From Clostridia bacterium (GTDB lineage: Bacteria > Bacillota > Clostridia > TANB77 > CAG-508), in NCBI GenBank assembly GCA_051891395.1, contig JBJFFC010000003.1, forward strand, positions 40,300 to 104,299: 64,000 bases of DNA. The letters run 5' to 3'. Shown here piece by piece: positions 46,658 to 56,613 of the stretch; position 1 is the stretch's first letter, and each line of letters begins with the position of its first letter. Made by a program: the position numbers and the translations under genes. The notes under the pieces are model-generated. The model was not told where the DNA came from, made no database searches, and saw only the letters and a program-made list of their open reading frames with translations.

Positions 46658-47314
46658 TTAACATACTTTTAATTCTTTTTTTAGTTTCTGTAGTTCGTTC
46701 TTGTCTATTCTTGCTATATGTAAAATCTCTTTATCTTTCATGTTCATTTTTAGCATTCTTTTTACCACTTCAATTTTTTCTGCTTTTGTTCCTTTTTCTT
46801 CTGCTTCTTGATATCTGTCATCAAAAATCTGAATAAAAAACTTTTCAAATTGCGTCATACTATCAACTCCTTCTTTTTTATTAATCTTTTCACGCCATTT
46901 TTCCGCTTCATCTGGATATTTTTCATTTATTACGTTTGAATAATTAAATATCATCTTTATACATTTTACTTCTTCTTTATTTAAACCTCTTTTCATTAGT
47001 AAGTACATTGTTTTTTCAAATTCTTCTTTGGTTTCTACTTTTTCAAAAAGCATCGCCTTTGCTACCATACTTTTTTCGTCTATTAATTCCTCTTTTGAAT
47101 AATTATTAACATCAACTAAATTATATTTTGGGTAATTTAATTGTGGAAAGTCACAATACTCTTCTTGACTATCACCTAATGTTAATGGTGCATTCCATTT
47201 TTTATTACCCGTATATAAAACAATAGGATATATTAGTGGATATATTGTATCTTTATTTTCACCTTTGTATCTTTTATCGTATTCTTTACTGAATTCCTTG
47301 ACTTGTATATCCAA
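46658..47314 (-). pseudogene. Rpn/YhgA-like (PD-(D/E)XK transposase_31) remnant lacking the N-terminal nuclease part
   Basis: IYPIVLYTGNKKWNAP and a C-terminal helical region typical of Rpn-family proteins. Only a TTG start. The upstream ATG with a good RBS (47367) is out of frame, and no N-terminal catalytic region is present. Confidence 0.5.
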
Positions 47315-47514
47315 TAATCTACGATAGTAAATATTACCATTGTTTCTTCTCCTTTCAGTATAATTGTTTTTGTTTCACTTGTCAATTTTTATTTATATGT
47401 AAAATGCCGATTTTTATTATTTCTTTGTTATATTTCTGCTTTTTCCACCTTCTTTCTGATTTTTTTATTTTTTCTTTTTGGATTTTTTTAGAATAAAATC
47501 TTTGAATTAAAAAA

Positions 47515-47567
47515 TAAATATAAAAAATACAATAACAATACTTTAAAATTTGTATTGCTATTGTATT
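47515..47567 (-). terminator. Intrinsic terminator after the pilin-like beta-helix gene
   Basis: aatacaataacaatac / gtattgctattgtatt 16-bp stem with a T-rich tract on the minus strand. Confidence 0.6.
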
Positions 47568-47605
47568 TTACTATTTTTTATTATGAATTTCAATATTTTT
47601 ACAAT

Positions 47606-49228
47606 TTATTCATTAATAATAATTGGAAAACCATTATTTTTGTTAGCATCATGTGTCCAAACCTCTTCTTCATTATTTAATAATACAAGCATTTCTTCTG
47701 ATTGTAATTCTTCTTTTGTTTTACTTATTACACTAGAATTTGAATCTTTAGTACTTGTATCTAAATAATAACAATTAATCCCTGCTGGTCCATTTCCTGT
47801 AATTGCATTTCCACCCAAACCAATGATGGTTCCCGTATTGTAACAATTTTTCACTTGACCATTCGTTCCTAAGCCTACTATTCCTCCTACTTGCCACCAC
47901 GCTTGTACAGTTCCTATATTATAGCAATTTATGACTAAGTTGCCATTAATACCTACAACACCACCTATATATACTCCACCTTCACAATAGACGTTTCCCG
48001 TATTAGAACTTTGCTTTACTATTCCAAAATTACTTTTGCAAATTCCAGCATTTCTTACATTACCTGTATTATAACAGTTACTTATTACTCCTGTTGCACG
48101 ATTAGTTAATGCAATACCACTTGATTGTCCAGTGCTATCCATATTTCCGCTATTGTAACAAAAATCTACATCTCCATAATTTTCATATACAATACCCGTA
48201 ATTCCACTACCTGTTATTGTACCCGTATTATAACAATTTTTTATGATTGCATTTTTTTGATTTATTCCCGCTATAGCACTTACATTTGAGGATGTTTTAA
48301 TATTGCCAGCATTGTAGCAATTTACAATTTCGCTAGAATTGCTTCCAACTAAAATTCCTATATTAGAATATGCTCCCCATGCAACTGTGGTTCTAGAAAT
48401 ATTATTACAATTTGTAATTGTTCCTTCATTGTTCCCTGCAATTAAACCGACATTAGCAAGTTGCCCTGACTCAATACGATTTTCTCCACTTACGATTATA
48501 TTTTCAATGAGTCCTTTATTATAACCAAAAATCCCTTTATTTTTTCCTGACCTTAAATATTGACTTATCGTTATTCCCCTTATATGGTTATTATTTCCAT
48601 TAAAAGTTCCTGAAAATGGGGTATCACTATTTATTCCAATATAAGGTATATTCAATTTGTTCCACTTATTATTCTCATCTTTTCTTGCTCCAAAGTCTAA
48701 GTTAGCAATTAATTTAAAATATTTTCCTTCAAAGCTATTTCCGTTATTTACCTCATTTGCTAGATAAGCCATATCTTCACAATTCTTTATTAAATAAGGA
48801 CCCTCTTCTGTTCCATTACCACTGAAAAAATCTGTGCTTATATTACCATTCCAAAATTGAACCTTATCTGAATAGATACTCTCATCTTCATATACTGTAA
48901 ATGTAAAACCATTAATTGTTACATAATATGCATCTATATTTATTATTTCAATTTCAGCATTTTCAATTTCTTGTAAATTATTTAATAATGTATTATCATC
49001 TTCAGTTTTATTTGATGTGATTGCTAACTCAATCATCTCTAAAGCTGATGCTTTTAATGTTTCTGTTTTACTATTTTCTGCTTGGTTTAAGATTCCATTA
49101 TCTCCTGTTAAAGTCGCAATTGTTACTCCCGCTAAAATTAACAAGACAATGATTGTGATCACTAAAGCAATTAATGTAATCCCTTTGTTATAAAATTCTC
49201 TTTTTATTTCTTCCTTTATAATCTTCAT
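47606..49228 (-). CDS. Prepilin-type leader protein fused to a repetitive beta-helix-like domain
   Basis: 540 aa; NKGITLIALVITIIVLLILAGVTIATL class-III-like signal, GDNGILNQAENSK, then about 8 repeats of NCYN(T/A/I)G(N/T) with GG/G-rich spacing. Confidence 0.7.
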   Translation of the reverse strand: MKIIKEEIKREFYNKGITLIALVITIIVLLILAGVTIATLTGDNGILNQAENSKTETLKASALEMIELAITSNKTEDDNTLLNNLQEIENAEIEIINIDAYYVTINGFTFTVYEDESIYSDKVQFWNGNISTDFFSGNGTEEGPYLIKNCEDMAYLANEVNNGNSFEGKYFKLIANLDFGARKDENNKWNKLNIPYIGINSDTPFSGTFNGNNNHIRGITISQYLRSGKNKGIFGYNKGLIENIIVSGENRIESGQLANVGLIAGNNEGTITNCNNISRTTVAWGAYSNIGILVGSNSSEIVNCYNAGNIKTSSNVSAIAGINQKNAIIKNCYNTGTITGSGITGIVYENYGDVDFCYNSGNMDSTGQSSGIALTNRATGVISNCYNTGNVRNAGICKSNFGIVKQSSNTGNVYCEGGVYIGGVVGINGNLVINCYNIGTVQAWWQVGGIVGLGTNGQVKNCYNTGTIIGLGGNAITGNGPAGINCYYLDTSTKDSNSSVISKTKEELQSEEMLVLLNNEEEVWTHDANKNNGFPIIINE

Positions 49229-49269
49229 ACAAATCCTCCTTTTATCTTTTGTTTACTATAATTTTTTCG

Positions 49270-49436
49270 TTGCAGTTCAGTATTGATTTGCAATATATTA
49301 TTCTTGAAATACCGCGTAAGCGACCAAGCGAGCAAAGCGAGTGCGATTGGAGCAACCTACAAATATTCCTTTTATTTTGGTTGCGACACACAAGGTATGA
49401 AAAAATAATATATTACAAATCAACGCTGAATCGCAA
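49270..49436 (+). repeat. Family B long-hairpin element (full copy)
   Basis: Core accgcgtaagcgaccaagcgagcaaagcgagtgcgattggagcaacc...ggttgcgacacacaaggtat with arms ttgcagttcagtattgatttgcaatatatt / aatatattacaaatcaacgctgaatcgcaa. Confidence 0.8.
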
Positions 49437-49671
49437 CATTTTTTCTATTTTTTGTTATTGTTTGCTATTTTTAAATATCATATACATTACTTTCCTATAC
49501 AAATATACCATCTATTTCTAGCAAAGAGGTTTTCCCTTTAAATAATTTCTAAATCACATTTTTAATATACTATAAGTCTTTATTTTTTACAATACTTTTG
49601 TATGGTATTTTTGTATTTCTTTTTGCGAGACAATGTACATAATTATTACTTATAAAATAGGAGGTGGAAAA

Positions 49672-49809
49672 ATGTTTGAGGTATCAAAATACAAGAAAAG
49701 TAATGTCAAAATCTCCATTCGATTGCCAGAAGCTATGAATGAAACTCTACGAAAAATTGCTAAAAAAGAGGATATGAGTTTTAATAATGTCATTGTTAGT
49801 TGCATTTAA
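49672..49809 (+). CDS. Ribbon-helix-helix (Arc/CopG-like) small protein, possibly truncated by an in-frame TAA
   Basis: MFEVSKYKKSNVKISIRLPEAMNETLRKIAKKEDMSFNNVIVSCI; aggagg RBS; the frame continues after TAA as NSLDQMDLKQYQ... to 49884. Confidence 0.55.
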   Translation: MFEVSKYKKSNVKISIRLPEAMNETLRKIAKKEDMSFNNVIVSCI

Positions 49810-50092
49810 AATTCTCTTGACCAAATGGATTTAAAACAATATCAAAATATTGATATCTATGATGATCATGAATTAAAAGTCTAATTTAAATATTTTATTT
49901 CACAAAAAAAGAAAACAAATATTATTTTTTAATATTTGCTTTCCTTAACTTTTTATTTTACTTATATTACAAATTTTATTTTCAAGGTTGTTTCATTTTT
50001 TCAAACTTTTAATCCTATTCATTTGCTTTAAAATATTTTACGTAATCAAGTTCACTATTTCTTTACAAATAAGCGCTGAACATTACAAACTT

Positions 50093-53000
50093 TTACTCCA
50101 CACTCTTCAAACTTTCAATCATATCAATTTTCTTCAAAGCAAAATAAGTAACAATATTTACAATCACTGTAAACCCAATCGTTATCAAGACTGCATATAA
50201 ATAGCTTATTGGTCTTATTACCTTAGCAAATCTTAACATATTAATTTCGCAAGTTCCGTATAATAAAATAATTTAAGAAATATCCACCAATTAATCCTAA
50301 TACAATTCCAATACAAGTTAAGATAACCGTTTCTCTTGTTACATAAGAATAAACTTCTTTATCGTAAAATCCTAATACTTTAATAGTTGCAAGTTCTCTA
50401 ATTCTTTCGCTAATATTGACGTTTGATAAGTTATACAATACCACAAAGGCAAGTAGTCCAGCTGATACAATCAATATAATTACCACATAATTTAAAGATT
50501 TCATCGTATCATCTAACATATCCATAGCCGTAGAAATTCTACTGACACTAGCTACTTCACTTTGGTTCATAATTTCCGTCGCCAAGCTTTCTTCTTGTTT
50601 TTCACTTAAATCATTATTTTTGGTAAATAGTACGTTTGTATCATAGGTTTCTCCATATAAGTTTTCATAAGTTGTTTTTGACATATAAACATAATGATAT
50701 ACATAGTTTTCTACTATATTAGAAATTTTTACTTTTCTTTCCCTGTCTTTACTATCTTTTAATGTGATTGTATCGCCTTGTTTAACACCTAATAATTCAG
50801 CAGCTTTATCGGTTAGGCATATTTCATTTTCTTGTAATTCTATCCTTTGGTTTGTTTTTACATCTGCTAGATTAATTATTCCATCCAAGTCATTTTCTTC
50901 TTTTGGTACAATAATTTGTACATCTTCCTTGTTTTCTTGGTTAATTGCTGTATTAGAAGTCACATAAGTTTCTACTACTTTTTCCATTTCTGTTTTTTCT
51001 TGTAGACTAGTAATATATTTTTGTTTTTGTTCTTCTTCTAATCCATTTTTTAGACCTATTTGCATATCATAGTCAAATACCTTTTCAAATTGATTTGGCA
51101 TAATACAGCGAATCGAATCTCGAACACCAAATCCCACTACAATTAATGCCGTACATCCTAGAATTCCGATAATCGTCATTAAAAATCTTTTTTGGTATCG
51201 AAAGATATTTCTGACTGTTACCTTTTGAGAAAAGCTCAAGCGTTTCCAAATAAATGGTATTTTTTCTAGTAGTACTCTTTTTCCCATTTTAGGTGCTTTT
51301 GGTCTCATTAAAGTTGCGGGTGTTTGGACTAGTTCTTTTAAAACTGCATATATGGTTGCACCAATAATGCATACACAAATTAGTAAAAGTCCGATTCCTC
51401 CAATGGATAGGTTGAAACTAATATGTATGTTGTCTGTCATTTGGTACATCATTTGATACATCATCCAAATAATTTTTGGTAACAAAACAAATCCTACACT
51501 CATTCCTAGTATGCCACCTATAATACAAGCTAATCCTGCATAGATAATGTATTTGCTTGCAATTTGTATTTTCTTATACCCTAATGCTTTCAGTGTTCCA
51601 ATTTGGGTTCTTTGTTCTTCCACCATTCTTGTCATAGAAGTTAATGAAATCAGTAATGCTACCATAAAGAATACAATTGGAAATACTTTTGCTATATTTT
51701 CAATACTTCCGGTGTCTTGTATAAAACTATTATATCCTGTATTGCTATAGCGATCTAGAACATACCACGTTGGATTTTCAATATTAGCAATTTCTTCTTT
51801 GGCATCGATTAGTTTTGTTTCTGCCTCCGCTATTTTCTCTTCAAATTCTTTCTGGTTTTGTTCTAGTTCTTTTTCTCCTACCTCTAGGTCTGCTTTGGAT
51901 TTTTCAATCTCTAGTTTTGCACTTTCTAACTGACGATAGGTATTATTTTTTGTTGTCTCATATTGTTTCTCTTTTTGGGCTACTTCGTTTTTGGCATCTT
52001 GCAACTGCGCTTTCGCATTTTCTATTTCTTGTTTCCCTGTTGTTATTCCATTGTTAATTTGTGTAATTCCTGCTTCTATGGTTTGTTTAGATTGTTTTAA
52101 ACTTTGCATTTGGGTTGCTATCGCTTGCTTTTGTTCTTCTGAGAAACTTAAATTATCTTTGATTTGATTATATTGTGTCTCCAGTTGTGTTAAGCTATTC
52201 TCTACAGTCTCTAATTGTGTTTGCAACTCTTGTCTTTGCGTTTCTAATTCAGCAATTTGTTGATTTGTTTCTTGCTCTTTTGTAGCTAATTGTGTTTCGT
52301 TTTCAGCTATTGTTTTTTTTGCTGTTTGAATTTGGTTATAGGCACTTGTAAATTTTGTATCTGCCTCTTTTTTACTATTATTTAACTGGCTTTCTGCTTT
52401 TTCTATTTCGTTTTTTCCATTTTCTATTTCTTGCTTAGCTTCTTCTATTTGTTGTTTTGCTTCTTGTTTTTCATCATTTAATTCTGTTTCTGCCTCTTCT
52501 ACTTTTGCTGTCGCAATATCGACTAATTTATCATGTCTTGCTTGTTCTCTTTCTTCTTTGATAGCTTCTATTTCTTCTTTGACTTCTGCAATATAGTCTT
52601 CATATTTTTCACTAGAAGTTGTATACTTTTCGCTATTTTTTACTTTTATGTACATACCGGTATAGATTTCATTTGCTTTGATATTTTCTTTTGGTATATA
52701 AATATAATAATCAATTTTACCAGAACCTAAACTGCTTGTCCCTCTATCTCTTGAAATATACAAAGGACTTTTTACGGTTCCCACAATTTTTAATTTACTT
52801 TGGTTTAGATATTCAATCTCTTCTCCTTCATCATTTTTGGTATTTTCTATCTCAACTTCAATGGTATCTCCGATTTGTTTATGGTTAGCCGTTAAGAAAC
52901 TTTCTTCTACTACACATTCATCTTGATTTTCAGGCAATTCTCCTTGTAATAGAATCGGCTGATTCAATTCCTCTATACACATAATTTTAGTAATAATTTC

Positions 53001-53300
53001 TTTATTCTCTATCTCCATTTTTCCTTCAATTTCATAGGTTCCCACAATTGTTTCCATGTTGTCTATTTTAGAAATGGCTTCTATGTCATCATTTGTTAGT
53101 CCCAAAGTAGATAGTATTTGAATATCATACACTTGGTTTTCCTTATAGTACTGGTCAATGGTATCCACCATATCTGGCGAAGCTGCTCTCATACCAGCAA
53201 AAAAGCCCACTCCTAAAAAAGCCATTAACAAAATGGATATAAATCGTTTATATGTATTTTTAATTTCTTTTACACTATCTTTTAACAATGCCTTCTTCAT
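50093..53300 (-). pseudogene. FtsX/MacB-type ABC permease with long coiled-coil extracytoplasmic insert, frameshifted near the 3' end
   Basis: Two FtsX 4-TM modules. ORF 50241-53408 stops after ...NYFIIRNLRN, but the +1 frame continues YTGTCEINMLRFAKVIRPISY...KKIDMIESLKSVE to 50093. Span is 3n+1, with an A4 run at 50265-50268. Start set at MKKALLKD (53300). Confidence 0.8.
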
Positions 53301-53314
53301 TTTTTCTCCTCTCA

Positions 53315-53432
53315 TGAGACAAGGGGGACAGGTCTTTTTTGTCCTATATTTTTGTCGTTTTTTGTCATTTTCTTTTTTCGACATATTTCTATCTATTTTA
53401 TGGGACAAAAAAGACCTGTCCCCCTTGTCTCA
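53315..53432. repeat. Family A 118-bp TIR element (full copy 2)
   Basis: tgagacaagggggacaggtct (53315-53335) and agacctgtcccccttgtctca (53412-53432); three T5-6GTC motifs inside; same length and orientation as 7240-7357. Confidence 0.85.
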
Positions 53433-54131
53433 CCATTCGATTTGTTCTACTGGTTCTGGATTCTGGTTTACTTCTATTGCACTAACTGTTCCATTTTTAA
53501 AATGAATTACTTTGTCTGCCATAGGTGCTAATGCTGTGTTGTGGGTAATGATTAATACTGTCATATTTTCTTTTCTGGCTGTATCTTGCAATAATTTTAA
53601 GATTTGTTTTCCTGTTTTATAATCTAAAGCACCTGTTGGCTCATCACATAGTAATAGTTTTGGATTTTTAGCAATCGCTCTTGCAATTGCCACTCTTTGT
53701 TGTTCTCCTCCTGATAATTGAGATGGAAAATTATTCATTCTATCTTTTAATCCTACTTTTTCAATTACTTCTTCAGGATTTAATGAATCTTTACAAATTT
53801 GTGTGGCAAGTTCTACATTTTCTTTCGCTGTTAAGTTTTGTACTAAATTATAAAATTGAAATACAAATCCTATGTCTTCTCTTCGGTATTTGATTAATTC
53901 TTTGTTTTTTAATCTAGTAACTTCTTTACCATCTACCATTACCTTTCCTGAAGTGGCTGTATCCATTCCTCCTAGAATATTTAGCGTTGTAGTTTTACCA
54001 GCTCCTGATGGTCCTACAATAACCACTAATTCTCCCTTTTCGATTTGAAAGTTGGTATTATCTAGAGCTTTGATAATTATCTCTCCCATTTTATATTCTT
54101 TACATACGTTTTTAAATTCGATATATGACAT
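53430..54131 (-). CDS. ABC transporter ATP-binding protein (MacB/LolD-like partner of the FtsX permease)
   Basis: [34 protein letters not shown]; stop codon TGA lies in the repeat end. Confidence 0.92.
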   Translation of the reverse strand: MSYIEFKNVCKEYKMGEIIIKALDNTNFQIEKGELVVIVGPSGAGKTTTLNILGGMDTATSGKVMVDGKEVTRLKNKELIKYRREDIGFVFQFYNLVQNLTAKENVELATQICKDSLNPEEVIEKVGLKDRMNNFPSQLSGGEQQRVAIARAIAKNPKLLLCDEPTGALDYKTGKQILKLLQDTARKENMTVLIITHNTALAPMADKVIHFKNGTVSAIEVNQNPEPVEQIEW

Positions 54132-54204
54132 TTTCCTTCCTCCGTTTCTTTGAGGTTTTAATTGTTTTTCTGCTTGAATTATATCATATTTGTTTTCTAT
54201 TTTA

Positions 54205-54237
54205 AAGAAAAAAGCACAGTAAATTTGTACTGCGCTT
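54205..54237 (-). terminator. Intrinsic terminator after the DUF2442 gene
   Basis: agcacagtaaa / tttgtactgcgct imperfect hairpin followed by tttttt on the minus strand; a related sequence recurs at 54948-54985. Confidence 0.5.
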
Positions 54238-54246
54238 TTATTGTTA

Positions 54247-54495
54247 TTATTCTTTTTCTAATATACTATCATAATATAGATTTTCTGGTGCTACATCTTC
54301 ACCATTTTCCCATTCAATTGTATTTCCTGCAACTTTTACTTTTTCAAAATATTCTCTATCTTTTAATTTTTGATAAAATTTTTGATGAATATATTTTTCC
54401 ATATCAAAAATTCTCTCTTCTCCATTTTCAAATTTTAGCCATATCTTATAATTTTCTAATACTTTTACCTCTACTGGATTTGGTACTATATACAT
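54247..54495 (-). CDS. DUF2442-family protein
   Basis: 82 aa; VKVLENYKIWLKFENGEERIFDM pattern typical of DUF2442. Confidence 0.7.
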   Translation of the reverse strand: MYIVPNPVEVKVLENYKIWLKFENGEERIFDMEKYIHQKFYQKLKDREYFEKVKVAGNTIEWENGEDVAPENLYYDSILEKE

Positions 54496-54510
54496 ATTAT
54501 CCCCCCATTA

Positions 54511-54777
54511 TCATTTTAAAGGTTCTATCTTAAAAAATTCTCCTTGTTCGTGAATTAGAACCCATAAACTTTCTAATTCTTCTTGATGAATTGAAATCCA
54601 TGCTTCTACTAACTTCTTTTTCTTATATGGAATTTGCCCTTCCAATATTTTTCCGTTTAAATCATATACAGCTTCTTGTTCATTATATCTAACATGAATA
54701 TGTTTTTCATGATGTTTACCATCTTCGTTAAAAAACATTTGTACAACAATTCCATAGAATTGTGAAATAACTGGCAA
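54511..54777 (-). CDS. DUF4160-family protein
   Basis: 88 aa; MPVISQFYGIVVQMFFNEDGKHHEKHIHVRY pattern typical of DUF4160. Confidence 0.7.
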   Translation of the reverse strand: MPVISQFYGIVVQMFFNEDGKHHEKHIHVRYNEQEAVYDLNGKILEGQIPYKKKKLVEAWISIHQEELESLWVLIHEQGEFFKIEPLK

Positions 54778-55009
54778 TTTATCATCTCCTTTACTATATC
54801 ACTTTTTTTATTAACTTTCAATATTTGGGAAAATCTAAATGTAAGAATCACATTTAGAAAAAGAATAAAATCATATGAATTATATGTTATCTTACATTTT
54901 TTGTCAATTATTTTTCTACCAATTGATTGAACAAATCATAAAGCACAGTAAATTTACATTTATCTGTACTTTTATTATGCTATAATTTTTTCCTCCGTCC
55001 CTAAAATCA

Positions 55010-56008
55010 TCAAACAATATACTCGATTTTATTATTCGGAAAATATTTATTTATCTGCTCTCGTAAAAAAAATTCTCCATTTTTTCTCACATCAGTTTTA
55101 TACATATATTTACCTCTTCCTCTTCCAGTCATGATTTCTTTATTATACAGATTAATAGCATTAGGAAAAGCTTCTTCATTAATTTTCGTATGCACATAAC
55201 TGTAAGTCATAAAGATAATTTCAAAAAATACATCTCTTTTTACTTTTTCTGATAGTTCTACACTCAATCTTTCAATCAATTCTGCATATAATTCTTTCCA
55301 ATTATCTACTAGGATAACTGGTGCAATTAGAATTCCTATTTTATATCCCGCTTCTTTTAATTTGTTTATCGCTTCAATTCTTCCTTTTAATCTAGAAGTT
55401 CCAAATTCTACTTTGTTTATAATCTCTTCTGGATTAACACTCATTCTGATAATTACTTTACCTTTATGATCTAAAGATAGTATGTCATCTACCATATCAA
55501 ATTTAGTAGGAAAAGTTAAGAAATCTTTCGATGTATTTTTAAAATTTTCAATTGTCCAAGGTAGATTACCAGTAATGGTATTCTCTAAAATTAAATCACT
55601 GTTACTTCCTATTTCAAAGGTTAACTCCTTATCTGATTTTTCAGATGTTTTTATAATTTTTTCTAGCATTTGTTCTCTGTTTACAAACAACCTTAAATAC
55701 GCACATTTATTATAATTGCATACTAAATAACAATACATACAAGAAGCTGTGCAGCCAGAAGAAGTATATGGTACTAAGAAATCTGACGTTTTATGATTTT
55801 CTACAAATTTATGTGTTTTTCTAACTCCTATAATTAAGTTTCTTTTCATATTAGCAAATTCTTTGTTTTCTTTTTTCCTCATTTCTTCTATGTTATTGTG
55901 ATTTTCAATTTCGATTTTCGGAATATCTTTATATTTTTCCATTAATTCTTTTCCTAATGAATATTCTAGTATTTCTTTCTCAAAATAAATAGCTTTTGGT
56001 TTAAACAT
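55010..56008 (-). CDS. splB: Spore photoproduct lyase
   Basis: Radical-SAM CTASCMYC; colinear with B. subtilis SplB from MFKPKAIYFEKEILEYSLGKEL to FPNNKIEYIV. Confidence 0.9.
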   Translation of the reverse strand: MFKPKAIYFEKEILEYSLGKELMEKYKDIPKIEIENHNNIEEMRKKENKEFANMKRNLIIGVRKTHKFVENHKTSDFLVPYTSSGCTASCMYCYLVCNYNKCAYLRLFVNREQMLEKIIKTSEKSDKELTFEIGSNSDLILENTITGNLPWTIENFKNTSKDFLTFPTKFDMVDDILSLDHKGKVIIRMSVNPEEIINKVEFGTSRLKGRIEAINKLKEAGYKIGILIAPVILVDNWKELYAELIERLSVELSEKVKRDVFFEIIFMTYSYVHTKINEEAFPNAINLYNKEIMTGRGRGKYMYKTDVRKNGEFFLREQINKYFPNNKIEYIV

Positions 56009-56060
56009 TTCTATCTCCTTATTTTTTAGATATTTTTAGTTTAACCAAAAGCTATTCTAA

Positions 56061-56552
56061 TTATTTAATTCTCTCATAGATCACAAATTCATAGTCTAAA
56101 TTATTTTTCTCATCTTTTATCCCTTTTTCTCTATTTACTTCTTTCCATGTATCTTCATTTATTTTAGGGAAGAAACTATCTCCTTCAAATTCTTGATCAA
56201 TCTCTGTTACATACATTTTTTTAACATATGGCATTAAGAAGTTATAAATCATTGCACCACCAATTATGAATGTTTCTTCTTTCCCTTCAATTAAATCTTG
56301 TATTTGTAATAAAGAATGTACTACTTCTACGTTTTCATCCTTTACTTTAAAATCTGGATTTTGACTAAATATGATATGCTTTCTGTTTGGTAATACTTCT
56401 CCTAATGATTCAAAAGTTTTTCTCCCCATTATTATGGTATGTCCTGTTGTTAATTCTTTAAAACGTTTTAAATCTTCTGGTAAGTTCCATATAATTTTAT
56501 TATCTTTTCCTATTATATTATTTTTTGCTTTTGCTACTACTATACTTAACAT
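56061..56552 (-). CDS. folA: Dihydrofolate reductase
   Basis: MLSIVVAKAKNNIIGKDNKIIWNLPEDLKRFKELTTGHTIIMGRKTFESLG. Confidence 0.93.
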   Translation of the reverse strand: MLSIVVAKAKNNIIGKDNKIIWNLPEDLKRFKELTTGHTIIMGRKTFESLGEVLPNRKHIIFSQNPDFKVKDENVEVVHSLLQIQDLIEGKEETFIIGGAMIYNFLMPYVKKMYVTEIDQEFEGDSFFPKINEDTWKEVNREKGIKDEKNNLDYEFVIYERIK

Positions 56553-56613
56553 TTCTTTTGCTCCTTCTATTTTTCATTTTCTAAATTAATAATTCCCATT
56601 ATCTTTACTTATA

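Noticed and set aside
53301-53408. N-terminal extensions of ORFs: permease MSHKIDRN..., rimO MSHRKEEK (7224-7247), fabD MPFGVVAL... (37161-37304), era MRCVTNGQ... (29502-29618)
   Set aside because: The extensions are translations of intergenic repeats or hairpins. Each gene has an internal Met with a proper RBS and a conserved N-terminus starting there.
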